Shown one piece after another: positions 23,277-36,985 of a stretch of 64,000 nucleotides of DNA; the stretch's first letter is position 1, and every line of letters begins with the position of its first letter. The position numbers and the translations under genes are program-made. Origin of the DNA: Callorhinchus milii (Eukaryota); the NCBI RefSeq assembly GCF_018977255.1, contig NW_024704743.1, positions 96,536,001-96,600,000 on the forward strand, read 5' to 3'. The notes below the pieces were generated by a model that had not been told where the DNA came from, did no database searches, and saw nothing but the letters and a program-made list of their open reading frames with translations.

Positions 23277-24023
23277 ATGGTGGACCGCTTAGCAAACAGT
23301 GAGGCAAATGCTCGACGCATAGGCATGGTTGAGAGCTGTTTTGGAGCAGCAGGCCAGCCCCTAACTGTTACTGGTCGGGTACTCATAGGTGAAGGAGTTC
23401 TTACAAAGCTTTGTCGAAAGAAGGCAAAAGCTAGGCAGTTTTTCTTGTTCAATGACATCCTCGTTTATGGTAATATTGTTATCCAAAAGAAAAAGTACAA
23501 CAAGCAGCACATAATTCCACTGGAGAACGTTACAATCGATACAATTGAAGATGATGGTGAGCTGCGTAATGGGTGGCTTATTAAGACCCCGACTAAATCC
23601 TTTGCAGTTTATGCTGCTACTGCCACTGAGAAATCTGAGTGGATGAATCACATTACTAAATGTGTTGCTGATTTGCTGTCAAAAAGTGGAAAAATACCCA
23701 GCAATGAGCATGCTGCAGTATGGGTGCCTGACTCAGAGGCCACTATATGCATGCGGTGTCAGAAAGTCAAATTCACACCAGTCAGCCGTCGACATCACTG
23801 CCGCAAATGTGGGTTTGTTGTGTGTGGTCCTTGTTCAGAAAAGCGGTTCCTTCTTCCCAGTCAGTCCTCCAAGCCTGTTCGTGTGTGCTCCTTCTGCTAC
23901 GATCTGCTCTCCAGTGGCCAGCTGAATGCAACTCTGTCAAACCGCTCTGAGTTTTACCATGGAGCGCTCCAGTCCCCTGGAAATTTATCTGATGAGGATG
24001 AAGATGATAGTAGCAGTGATTAA
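23277..24023 (+). CDS. PLEKHF2: Pleckstrin homology and FYVE domain-containing protein 2 (Phafin2), 248 aa, complete in one exon
   Basis: Starts MVDRLANSEAN. Contains a PH domain, a FYVE domain with WVPD, RRHHCRKCG and VRVC motifs, and an acidic C-terminal tail (DEDEDDSSSD). Residues match vertebrate PLEKHF2 rather than PLEKHF1 as I recall them. Confidence 0.98.
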   Translation: MVDRLANSEANARRIGMVESCFGAAGQPLTVTGRVLIGEGVLTKLCRKKAKARQFFLFNDILVYGNIVIQKKKYNKQHIIPLENVTIDTIEDDGELRNGWLIKTPTKSFAVYAATATEKSEWMNHITKCVADLLSKSGKIPSNEHAAVWVPDSEATICMRCQKVKFTPVSRRHHCRKCGFVVCGPCSEKRFLLPSQSSKPVRVCSFCYDLLSSGQLNATLSNRSEFYHGALQSPGNLSDEDEDDSSSD

Positions 24024-27000
24024 AAAAAAAATCAAAGGAAACAGTTTGGAAAAGGACTTCAACTGGACTGCTTTTGAGGAGCTGTACCTTCACAGAACCT
24101 GTTCTTGTGACTATTAGCCATAAACTTTACCTTGCAAACCTTAATACAAAATGTGTGCCTAAATATTGGATATACTAGCAGTATCTGCTTTTTTTCTGCA
24201 GAGACATAGACTGCATATATTATTATTCTTGGGCTGGCTGTAACTATGATCATTTCCAGTTACTTGATTTTCTTACAAGCAAAACATAGACAAATAAATC
24301 TTATTGCCTTTAGTTTGTATCATTGTTTGTGTAGTTTCCCAAAACTCAAATCATAAAGACATTTTCTAAAATTGCTATTTAACAAAAACTCAAATCTTTT
24401 CTAGTATGAAAACTCTCAGTGAATTATAAGCAATTTGTGGATTTAAAGGGGGAGAAGAATGTCTAATTGGATATTGATAGCCAAACTTTTAGATATCCAA
24501 CACTGTGAAAGTTAGCCAATTGGCTAGTTTAAATAATTTTGGAGCTCTAACTAGTATTATTCTGCAGTATCAAAAATCTCCAACATCGCCCCCCCGCCCC
24601 GGTGACATACGTTAGGTTTAAGGGTCCCCCTTTGCAATAGATTGTTTTCCCAGTCTCCCTGACTGTCTCCCCAGTCTGCTATCCAGTTCCTGTACCCACC
24701 ACTGTATAAATCTTCAAAACAGTATCATAATTTTAGGAACCTTTATATGGTTTGCTGAGCAGTGGGACATTTCCTTGAATTCTCAACCCCAGCTGTCAGT
24801 GAACAGCAGCCAATCATGTTTCCCATATAGCAGAATTAAAATAGAGGCACAATCTATAACTCATTGACATTCATCTACTATTGACTGAATCTGGTGCACA
24901 ATTGGCAGATTCCTAGGAAGTGGTTGTTGGGTTAACCTTGATTGTGGATAAATGGTTTATGGTTCACTGGGATCTAAATTGGGAAGAAACTTGAATTATT
25001 AATAATATTAGACATTACGATTAATATTGTTTTGGAATCTGAAGCTATTCTATAAACCTAATGTGACCTACTAAAGATTAACATTTTCCACTACAGTAAG
25101 CAATTTGAACTTAAGTGAAATTTTATCTTAAATTCTGTTAAGGTTAAAACGTTTAGCCTAAGCTATCATTTAAAGGTGACTTTCTCCACTGTTTTTAAAC
25201 AGAAAACAACCTAATATTGAATCCCATTTATGAATCTGGATTCATGAGTGCAAATCAATGGTGTAATACTTTTGATCAATCCACATTTATGAATTCTCTA
25301 ACTTACTATTACTTTGCTCAAATTGATATCTTCACATCTTATTTTCAGAAGGTATTTAAAAAGTCAATGTATTATTTTGTGATGCATCTTAAAATACGCG
25401 GTACTCATTGATTTTCCCACATTCTAAATTATTCAAGATCACCGATTAAGTACTTGGTCAGCTTCGATCAGTTTTCATTTATAACCATCAAACTGAACTG
25501 CAAACTGTTTTACCTCAATGGTCATTTGAGAGTCAATAGTAAACTAGTGTCTGCTTTGTGACCTGACATAACTACATCAACCATTCAACCAAATGGGAAA
25601 TCAGGATAAAGGAATGAGAGGTAGTGATGATGCAGAGTACATCTGCACTAATAAAGTGAGTAGTCTTTCCTAGCATAAGACATCCAGTGCGTATCCATTA
25701 CGAGTCCGCAGTATAATCTGGGATAAAAGTGACCTTGGCCAGTTCTGCACCTGCATTTTTTCATTTATAGGAAAAAATCTAGGCCATTTAAGACAGAGTG
25801 CTATTTTCTGTGGCAAATGCAAATGGATTTTAAATGGGTTCATTATACCAATAGCATTTGAAACTCAGGTTATAAATACCTATTTTTAAAACTTGTAGCA
25901 CAAATGTGTTTTTTTTAAAAAAACATGCTGTTATTAAAATGCATATCCATATTAAGTAATGGTATGCTGGTTTTGAGTGACTTGTGGATTCTTAAAACAC
26001 TGTATAAAGGCAATGATGAACTACAAGGTGAGCACAAATTTAAACTTAAAATTCAGGTCTTAATCAATTTATTCTTGGCTAAGCAGTAACTCGACAACAC
26101 AAATACAGTAAACTTCGGATAACTCATCACCCCAAGGGAAAAGGGCTTTGCGACAAGTTGTCTGAAATGGCGAGTTAGGCATAGGTCCTTCCGGGCCAGA
26201 GTGGGAGCTGTCACAGGTGTGGGCATTCGGCGGAGGTTGGGCGCATTACTCAGATGCATTGCAGATGCCTCTGGTCTATTGGAGGGCCATGCAGTAGCTT
26301 CCTGCCCTATCCTGTTACAGGACAGGATGGGAGTTGGAGTGGGAAGCCGTTGTGTGGTTCTCGAATAGACCAGAGGCTTCTGTGATGCACCTGAGCATGC
26401 ATCTCCAACCTACATCGAGAATAGGACGGGAGAGATGTGCGACGCAAGAAGGCTTCTTATACAGCAAATTATCTGATCAATTTTACATTGTAGGAACAAT
26501 AATTTCTATAATTCGATGAGTTACACGTTAAGCAGAGTGACAAATAAGTCGGAGTCCCTTATTTTGTATGGGAAGTAGATGGGATATTAACAACATGTTG
26601 ACTTAAGGGGTAGTGACAAGTTAAGCCAGGGTTGAATTATCAGGAGTTTACTGTATTGAATACATTGGTGCATATTAATGCAAATGCTCATTTAATTGTT
26701 TTAGCTGTAACTGGAAATGAGAATTTCCTTACATAGGCTCGTATGCCATGTAGTGCCTTGACATGGCAGCACTGATGCAAGGAAAATAAATCCTTTGTAC
26801 ACTGGTGGCATTTTACAGGGAGTTTTCTTTCAAACCAGATATTGCCTAAATTGTTCTAAAGCAGGTAGTTGTGCACAAAGCTCTTCTTGTTTCACTTTTG
26901 CTTTGTGACCAAGTATTAATAATACTGTATAGTCTTGCATTTAAAATGCCTCTAATTTTAAAGGTAAGAAAGCTAGTATTCAGAATAGTGCAAACCCCGG

Positions 27001-29775
27001 CAACAATACAGCCATAAATGTGATTATACCATGTTAGATGATTGCATTTAAGAAATGTTTATTTAGTTTATATTTACATTACATAAAATGTGGTCCTTTA
27101 AGATTATTGGCCTAAGGACTAATGTGAAACTTTGGGAGCAGCATTTAATAAAGGTAGCAATCCTTAAATTTCTGATCCAATGCTAGTAAGCAGCTTGGTT
27201 CGAAACTAGCTGATTTTAGCTACTGGAGTTAGATGATCAGTGACCTTGAATGCACAGTGCAAATTTCAGTTTGCATTGCAGTAATCATATCAAAGGTGAA
27301 TCATCACATCTTATCTAACCCATCATCGGCCACAAATGAGATCCAGCTGAGCTGGTGGTTCACATTCTTAGCCCCATGATAACCCACTGTTTGTGTTTGT
27401 GGTGTGGCTCAGGTTGATGGACAGCATCACAAGTTGCTATACTATCTTGTATTTCAAACTGTTAAAGATGTAAAGGGATAAAAGAATAAAAACCAGATGT
27501 TGCATTTGACATACTTAAGAACATGGTAGAGAGCGATCCCAAACAATTCAGACCAAAATGAAAGATTATTTGCTCCCCTGTACCTTTTGTTTTACATTGA
27601 ATGGTTTTAATCTTTTGCATTCTGTCATTACGTTGTTGTGTTTTTTGCCTATTTGGCAAGATACACAACAGCGCAGTGCCTTTTGCTTAAAATGGTTAAT
27701 CATTAAGATACTAGTATTGTTCTAAAAGGTTTGGTGAATTATCAGTTTTTTTCCCCTTCCTCCCACAATGCTATCGGTGATGATTTAGTGAAGTTACACT
27801 CGATCAGACTTAGTAATTGTAATTCATTGTGGAAAATGCATTGACGCAGTTTCAGAAACTACAACATCTATGAATAATTAATCACACAATGTGTTCACTA
27901 AACAATTATTGGTAATAGTTGATTTTGCCCCTGGACAATTCTACAAGCTACAGTAAATTACTATTCTTGAACATATGTTACCTTCCAAATCATGCTAATG
28001 AGCCTGTGCTTAGATTGCACCAGTGATAAGCTAAACCTCACGACAAAGTGAAGGTCACTAGACACTCACGAGCACACAAACATCATAATGGGAAAAAGAT
28101 CACATAGGAGCATTAATATTAAGGGCTTTTATTAAGCACAATATGCTGATCATTATGTATGATTTTCTTCATCCTTACAACATGCACGGGATGTTTTTAT
28201 GCTAAGCCTCACCTTTAGTCTCACTATGTCAAACTAATTAAGGTCACTGGGGACAGCTGACATAAATACTGTACCTAGGTGTCTTGAATTCTGAGATTGA
28301 ATAACTTATTTATAAATAATTTGTAGTTGTTAATCTGGTGAATTCAATGGTGGTTGCCTATTTCTGAAGCTTTCTGAATAAAATCTAACTTCCAGTTATC
28401 TGGTCTTAAATTCATATTTCTGGGGAGGGATGGGAGATGAAATGTACAAGTTGACTTTAGTGGAATCTTCTGCATGTCACATTTTGTTGGTGGCCTATTT
28501 TTGAAAAAAATGTTCTAGACTGTTGTATCTTTATTTTCAACAGTAGAGAAATAACTGCTAAATAATGCAGTTCCTTTGCAGGAGTAAAATTGAGCTGATC
28601 CAAAACAAGGTAGGAAAATATTGTTTTCTTAATCTGTCTTTCTCAGGAAAAAAAATCAATGTACAAAGGTTTCACATTAATATAACATTTCTAAAATGGT
28701 CTGATTACTAAACTGTCGTGGTTTACATCAACCTGGTGTACAGTCCTAAAAAGGAATGATTTTCTTTGCTTTGCAGTTCTTATTTGTCAAGCTGTACCTT
28801 TTTATATACTGTACTTTTTAAAAATAAATTGGCACTTTACCTCTATTTGCTAGCAGCGATTTGCCTCGTCAGCAAGAATCCTGCAACAAATTATAAATGT
28901 GATGTCTAAACCTCTTGTCTGTTCTTCACTGCAATTTTTCCTTGTATTCTGAAACTGAGACTTGCACTACACTGCACTGAGTTGAAAGCTGCAGGTGAAG
29001 TCGTCTGAACTTTTCAACAAGAAATGAAAAGATTTGTTGTCTACAGTTGTGTTCATAGAAGCTGAAATAACAGCAGTTACTTTGAATTGTATATGTTGGT
29101 GTAGAAATCTTTCAGTTATTCACCTTCCAAGTATCAGATGTAGATACATTTTTGTTGATATATTGCTATTGTGGTAATGGTGTAATTTCTTCAATCTTTG
29201 AAAAGGGCTCAGTACTTTGATTGTAACCTATATGTATTTTGTTACGCAAATAAATATATTGCATTGCTTATCCTAAAATACCTTTAGTGGGCGTGTAACA
29301 CTAATAAGTTAGGAATAAGGCAGAAATGTGTAATAAACTACATTTTACACTGCAGTATTTTTTAGTTTGGGCTTGGTCAAGGTAATATGGCTGTCTAATT
29401 TAGCCACTCTGTAATCTTTAAATTTTTAGTATACATCTCACCTGAGAAATCAATATTTCGACCAGTGCTACTGTTTGTAAACCTGGGACTTTTTAAAATT
29501 ATTTCCTTAAATTGCGATTGACCATTCACTAGTCATAATGCAAGTGGGTATCATTATGGAAAACATTGGCATAGAATCTGCCAGTTTATTTTGTATGGTT
29601 TGGTGGGACAATAGATTTTTTTTGTAAAGTTTCTTTATTATGACTATTCGTCTTCACAAAAAATCTAGCCCACATGGTTAAGTGAAAAATTTAACCATTT
29701 ATTTTGATTTTGAAATTACAGAATTCTGTAAATTAAATGTAACTAATAAACTGATCATTGTACTGTTTTGAATTT
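24024..29775 (+). other. PLEKHF2: Putative long 3' UTR of PLEKHF2 with several candidate poly(A) signals
   Basis: AT-rich and nearly devoid of L2/SINE copies. AATAAA at 28823, 29249 and 29745, each with upstream TGTA and T-rich context. Earlier AATAAA hexamers also exist, so the end is uncertain. Confidence 0.45.
26106..26653. mobile_element. Non-autonomous Tc1/mariner-superfamily (pogo/Tigger-like) DNA element (MITE), 548 bp
   Basis: Terminal inverted repeats CAGTAAACTTCGGATAACTCA and reverse-complemented CAGTAAACTCCTGATAATTCA. TA on both sides (26104-26105, 26654-26655). Central palindrome and no transposase. Confidence 0.85.
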
Positions 29776-32700
29776 CATGGTTTCTTGTGGTAGACTGCAA
29801 ATTCTATTAACCCATTTCACCAGCATAAGTCCACATTTAAATTTCAGCAGCATACATCCTTAATCAGGCTGGAATTGGCTTGTCCATGTTTGGTTATCCG
29901 TACATTTTTTTCCACGTGTGCTTGAACTGCCTGCGTGACTATTGCAAATCATATGTTACTTTAAATTAGCAAAATAGTAACAACTGCAATTACATGGAAT
30001 ACCCCTAACTCAATACTGTAGTATTATGTGGATCCATGCAGCAAAGACCATGAAGATAAACAGTGATACAGACATGCACAGTTTACAAAGATGGCAACCC
30101 TGCGGACTACAATTATGGTGCAAACAGTTTCTTGGAAAGTTTCAACAAGCTGTCTTTAAATCTTTGGGTCTCGTATGGCAACCTATCAGTGACAGTTCAT
30201 AGGTGACAACTAAATGTTGTTCTGCAAAGCATCACCTAAAGGCCAAACGTATTTTCAAAAACGTGAGCTTGCTAAGCAGCACCCATATCTTTTTAGCTGG
30301 GATTGGGGCTACTATTAATCAACAATATTTGATTTGATATCACACCTGATCATGTCATCAAGATGTCTCAAAGACTGCATTCGTTGGCAAACCAGCAGCC
30401 AATTAGCCTACACAGTGTCCTACAACAGCTGTCTCACAAACAACACCCACAAATTATTTTGAATGTGTGTGAATGTTATTTCAAGTCGCATTTAACATTT
30501 CTTAAATTTAGAAATGGACTGCATTTAAAAATCATGCAATTATGACCATTAACTCATTTGCACACTGCAGTGCCCACAAACTAAACTTGGCAATGCAGAA
30601 AGAGTATTTCTAGATCAGAAGCAGTTTTGATGAGGCACGTGCCTTTTATGGACTATTATAAAATTATACATGCATATACTGCAAGTGGAAACTGAAATGA
30701 CTGGCGGATTCAGATATAGGTCCCAGTGCGAAATGCTGTGGATCTTGATTCTCCCTTTCCCTACCTTCTTCCCCTCCAAACCATCCCCAAACTGAGGCCC
30801 TATAGATAACTTCCTAACTGGAATACATCAAAGTTCTCTGCAATGAATGAGGTTTAATCTGTAGAGTGTGAAATGGCTAGCAATGTGTAATTTATAAAAG
30901 ATCTAGTTTTGTTTAGGGTTACTTGCAGTCATAATCTGGTCTGTTACCAAATAGTCAAGGTACACATTGTAGAATAGCAATGATTTAGTCTTAAAGAGCT
31001 AGTGTGCTAATGTTCATAGTCCTAAATTGTGTAAACACAGAAACTGCATTAATTATCGACTTCTTATGGTTTTCAAGAGCATGAGTTAGATATGTACTTG
31101 GAACAAACAACTTTGTATGGAATACCCCTGCTGTTTTATTATAAATATCTGTTACAATGAAAGTGCTGCTCACAGATTTCTCCCCAGGTTCAGATCCACA
31201 ATGTTGCGTTAAGTGTATAATTATCTATCATAGCATTTAGAATTAGTAGCAAATCCAAGAGAATCTACCTCACTTTAATATTTGGATAAGAGAAAAGATA
31301 TTGAATATATTTCAAAGCAAAATTAAGTTGTAAGAATTGAACTACAACAATATAGAAGATGAAAATAAACCAATTTCAGAGTATATTAGCTGATGGGTGG
31401 GGCTGGGAATAAACAAAAACAATAGAGCCAAAATAAATAGGCTACCAATTGCTCTTCTGTCCTGCAACACATTTTGCAGACTGAGTAAAAATTACCTCAG
31501 TTTGCCTTGAATCATTGAACAAATATTGTAAAATATTACAGCACAGAAATTAATGAATTTCTATATTTCACAAGAAAGAGACTGAATGACATTGAAAATA
31601 AAAATCTTTAACCTGACCAACTAATAGCTGCAAAATTGGAATAAGTGTTTGCAAAGAGGTGGAATTAAGATAAAATCAATTATGCCAGGCTCTGAGCCAA
31701 ACACTGTACTGCAAATAGGACAAAATTTTAGTAACAGCAACTGCATGTAACCACATCTAAATATACCTGTCTGATAAGCATTTGAGAGCAGAACACTGTT
31801 CAGCATGTTCCAAACACTCCTAATCTTGCACTTTGGGAATTTGAAAGTCTTTGTTCAATTGAAGAATTTAATGGGATGTCTGGGCCATCTGAGTGACAGG
31901 TCTGTGATTGTTTCACAGAATGTTTGGCACAGAAGGAGGTTATTCTGCCCTTTGCCAGTAATCAATTTAACCAATCATTGGATCTATCTACCTCAATGCC
32001 ATTTCCTCATTGTCTTTAATATTTATCCTCAAGTAAATACCATTCGCCTTTGAAGTGCTGCTATTGATTTTCAACAGCTGTTTATAGTTACTGAGTTACC
32101 AATCAATAGAATTTTTTTATTTAAGCTGTTAAAAAAATTCAAAACTTTCATATGCCATCACATCCCTTGTGCTAGCAAAAAATGACAGTAATTTTTCAAA
32201 TCTCTCTATATAACTCCAACCTCATCTTTAATATTACTCTCGTGAATCTCTGCTGTAACTTCTTTCTGGAGTTAATGTAAAACTGAATGCTTCAACTGCA
32301 ATTCAACAAACGTAGGAATTTAACATCATCTCCTTGTTCTTATATTCAACAACACCAACTTGCATTAATATAGTCCGCCTTACGCAGGGTAGCATCCCAG
32401 AGCGATACTCAATATATATGTCCCTATATATAAAACCTTGCTTTAGTTTCATATGCTAATGTACAGTGAATGCATTCCCATCAGAGCTTGACCAGTAAGG
32501 GGGAAACTAGATTTGTACATGATTTGTAAATATTGTATCCAGAGAGTAAACAGAAATTCTGTTTTGATGTGTTCCATTTCCAGACTCATTGGAGCAGAGT
32601 TCCCATGGATCGTTCAGGTACATCCAGTTATTGTCGGATTTGAATATTTACAAACCTGCATAAATTGAGGCCTAGTTTTAGGCCCCAATATAGAGTTTAA

Positions 32701-34559
32701 AAACCTGCAGTTGCGATTAAATTCCTGAAGTTTTCAGCATGTATTTTAGATTTTCCCCAGAAATACACAGTTGTTCCACTTCACAGTAAATCCCCTAAAG
32801 AGCTTTGGGATGTCGGCCTGATGCGAAAGGCACTATACCAAATGCAAATATTATTTGTGCAGTGTAGAGGACAGGCTTCAATTTTAAAAAGGTCATTGCT
32901 GGAGGAATGGGATGTTGTTATACTTTTAAGCTGGAAAAGAATTCTAGCCAGATAATAATAATACTAATCCTTGCATTTGGTATAGCACCTTTTCATGACT
33001 TTAAGACGCCTCAAAGCGCTTCACAGAATATACTGTCAAGTAAATTTAGGATGAAGGTGTGTCACTGATGTTTGGACAATCTTGGTTCTCAATTAGCACA
33101 AGCTATCCAGAAATTGGTGTAGCCCAAAAACTAGGATGGTGTCTGTGCAAAATGGCACTGGAGTTAGCATGTGGGTGGCTCCCTAAGGTCTGTTTGAGGT
33201 ATTAAAGGGATAATTACAATAGCAATATCATTGTTGTCCAGCTGACAAGCTCCAAAAGTTATATTATTGAGCAGAGTAATCGTCTATGCTACAATCCAAC
33301 CTGGACATGCTGACCTCATACAAAGAGTTATTTTCAGCATTAGCGTCTCGCTGACTGAACACACACCTCCAAATGAAAAGCTGCTTTATATTTTAATTCT
33401 ATCCCATGAGGTGACTTTTTAAGGTGACTATTATGCAATCACATGATATGTTGGAGTACATTGGCACATAGGCAGGTCACATGTTGTGTTGAGTACTGAA
33501 GTGACCTACTGGCCTGTCAGATACAATTAGAATTCTTAATATTGTGCCTTGTGCTGTTACCAAAGTTGAAAGCAATAGTCAAGGAAAAGGTATAAATATA
33601 TTTTAAAAGAAACACTTAAAATAGCAAAGAAGAATTCAAACTAATCCTGACGTAAAGGAATAAAAAGCTTTTTCAACTATGCTTTCAGTTAGAGTAACTC
33701 ATTTTCTACTGAAGACTTCCCAAAGAATAAGAAGCTAATTGACCCATTTGCTTGATATGTAAAGCTCACTGCTGCTATCTACAAAATCAAACATGAAACT
33801 GAGGTCCCATCTACCATTTCAGGTTAGATGTTGTATTCAATGGCTCTACGGAAAAGAGAAGGGAGCTTCTCTCAGTGTTCTGGTCTATAAAATTGGTATT
33901 CAGATTATGGCCATTTTTATAATAATAATCCTTGCATTTTGATAGAGCATTTTACCATGACATCTTAAACACTTTGCAGAATATATTGTAAATTGGATTG
34001 ACCATATCTTGTGGGAGAAAAGCATCAGCCAACAGCAGTCGTGGATTGAGTGATCAAATTTTTTTTAACAAGGGCATTGCAGAAAATTTGTGAAGTATTT
34101 TGAAATGTTACAGGCACTATATCAATGCAATAATCAGTTTTACAATCGTAATGAATGAATTTTCTTTGAATTGCAACCCCACCTCCGGACACTGACTACT
34201 ATAGGTGTGTTTAGCACAATCGTTTCTGAGTCAGGCAGATTGTGGGCTCCAATCACATATTGGAATTTTTGGATCATTGTCTGGGCCAGTGGTGCTCAAC
34301 AGTCAAGAAATGCTCCCACCCCCAGTCTAGGTAAGTCTGTGTTCGATCATAAGTATGTCTTGAGTTTTGTCTTGATTAAATATTTTTTGATTTAAGGCGT
34401 AAATCAAGAAATAATAAATCAAGAAACTGTATTTTGTTGGCTGACCTTAAAGGTCTAGGCTGACCCTCTCAATACATTTTATCAGTTGCTACCCCTCGAT
34501 AGTGGCCAGGTCTGTTGCGTCCAGTAACAGGATAATAACATGTTGCATCTTCTTTTCTG

Positions 34560-35105
34560 TAACAACAAGATTGCATTTATAGAGCGCCTTTCACGTCGGG
34601 AGGACGTCCCAAGGCGCTGGACAGTTGGGTCGGTACCCGAGCAAGGGGGAAGTGGTCAGGGTGAGGAGAGCGAAGGGAGGGAGCGAGGAGGTGGTAGAGA
34701 GTCGAGAGGGGAGCTGAAGGCATGGTTGAAGAGAAAGGTCTTGAGACCGGCCTTGAAGGAGGTAAGGGAGGAAGCGGCGAAGGCACTGGGGGATAGAGTT
34801 CCAGAGCCTAGGGGCTGAGAGGCTGAAGGCCCGGCCACCGATGGTAGGGCGGTTAGGGCGGGGGATGTGGCGCAGACCGGAGCCAGAGGAACGGAGGTAC
34901 GGGCAGGTAAGTAGGGGATAGTAGGTCAGAGAGGTAGGAGGGAGCAAGGCCGTGAATGGCCTTGTAGGTGAGGATGAGGATCTTAAATTCGATCCTCTGG
35001 GGATGGGGAGCCAGTGGAGGCGAGTGAGGGTGGGAGTGATGTGGTCGCGAAGCCCGGTGCGGGACAGTACACGAGCTGCAGAATTCTGAATGACCTGCAG
35101 CTTGT
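34560..35105 (-). mobile_element. Young L2 LINE 3' end (counterpart at 45530-46080)
   Basis: GGRAFSLSAPRLWNSIP remnant and intact tail stem-loop. Confidence 0.9.
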
Positions 35106-35814
35106 GTAGAGAGGTAACGGATTTGATACTGTCTGAGATAAGCCTAAATATATATAAGCAAATAAAAAAAACTCCTCCCCCTCCCAGCTACATGCCAATG
35201 GGTAAATGGTCTGTTATTGCAAAGTTTGTTTGGCAACACGTAGGGTTGTCTATGTAGTATGGTAGAATCAGATTGATTTGGGTTTCAACAAGTCGTAAGT
35301 GTATTAGTAGGTTTAGTGATGTGTAACCTGGCTACAGTGGAAATTGTCTTCAGACTACTACTGACAAAATAAGTATTTATTGGACTCCAGTTGCTTTCTT
35401 CAGGAATGTGCAGAGTGGGGCCTAAGGAGCCGCATTCTGAGTGCTAGTACTATTGAGTTTAATTCCAAAATAGCATGTAGCCTGTTTTACTGATTAAGCA
35501 ATTTTCCCTTGGCTGAGTAAACCACAGCCTGTTTGTTCCCCTTCTGTCTGGTTTGTCATTTAAACTTCTTAATTTAAACCAGATCTGTTCTGAGTTGTGC
35601 TGTGAGAATTTGCAGGGATCTTCATTTTATTCACAAATCAGTTGGCCACATGACCTTATTTGGGGAAGGTGGAACCCAAATGAAGCAGATTACTTCCTCT
35701 TTTCCTAGCCCATTTCTCGTCTTCAGATTGTCCTACTTAATACACTCAATTGAGAATGAGATGTGTTCAGAACCTCTCTTCACCAATACTGTACTACTCT
35801 GTTAGAAGACAGGA

Positions 35815-36080
35815 AGGTAGGGGTTAGGAGGTTGCAGAGATGGGGGGTGTGGGGGAGCAAGACTATGGACGGCTTTGAAGGTGAGGACCAGGATCTTGAA
35901 CTGTATCCTCTGTGTGATGGGAAGTCAGTGGAGTTATGCGAGGATGGGGGTGATAAGGTCACGGAGCCTGGTGCGGGAGAGGACACGGGCTGCAGAGTTC
36001 CGGATGATCTGCAGCCTATGGAGGGAGAAGTTGGGGAGGCCGACAAGCAAGGAATTTGCATAGTCAAGCCTTGATGTAAT
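35815..36080 (-). mobile_element. L2 internal fragment (counterpart at about 46790-47052)
   Basis: Similar to 19270-19480. Confidence 0.8.
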
Positions 36081-36958
36081 AAATCATTGGATTCCCAATG
36101 ATTTTCATGTGAAGTTAGACAAGTGCAGTGGCACTTGTGCAATGAAACTTGTTTTCACAGGTTTGTGCCTGCTATTTCCCCAAACAGCAAGAGCCTGCCA
36201 TTCCACTGGGTCACCGCTGAGAGCAAAACTAAATGTTTCAAAACAGTTTGGTTACAACATCCTGTGCAGATCTCTGAGCTGGAATTGCAACAGCAGTAAT
36301 ATTCAGCTTGAGAATAGTTCTATTTGAGATTCAAAAGATATTTGACATATCTTGAAAACAAGTCAAAATAAGTGATTCTAGATTTCTATCTTCTATCTAC
36401 ATAGAAGGCAATAATTTTACATTTTAGAGGAACGCTAGTTGCCCAAACTGGAAATTGTTCCATTTTCCAGCATACAGTAGATACTTGATGAACATAATGT
36501 ATCCAAACTAACACTTAGCATAAACTAAATTGACACCAGTTTGGGATAGTGTTCTTAATAAAGGATTTATAGAGAAGTCCAGTGCATGGGAATGTATTTT
36601 TTTAAAACTTTGTTAATAAGTGCTTGAGTAATATTATGGGAAGAGGAAGTAGGGGCAGAGGCTGAATTGTGGTTGGATTTCTTCACTTGTTCCTAAGTGC
36701 TTATAACTGTTAATAAAATGTGGGAAAACGTAAAATCATGATAATATTTGCACAAGAAAACAACTAGGACAAGAGGAAGGTATTAAATACTAATAATAAT
36801 CCTTGCATTTGAATGGTGCCTTTCATGGTGGGTGGATATCTTCACTGAAAAGTGTAGTGACTGTGTACCTTGTAGTCAAATGCGGCAGTTAATATATATG
36901 ATGGCAGCTTCACCCTGAAATCTGCCTGTAGGAACCAGAATTATTTTTATGTACTCAT

Positions 36959-36983
36959 NNNNNNNNNNNNNNNNNNNNNNNNN
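36959..36983. other. Assembly gap of 25 N
   Basis: Directly visible. A single N also occurs at 15914. Confidence 1.
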
Positions 36984-36985
36984 TG

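Larger units (their letters stand above)
30530..36958 (+). repeat. Segment Y, copy 1 (near-identical to 41045-47931)
   Basis: Direct comparison; many ORF-track entries occur in both copies, with scattered SNPs and small indels. Confidence 0.97.
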
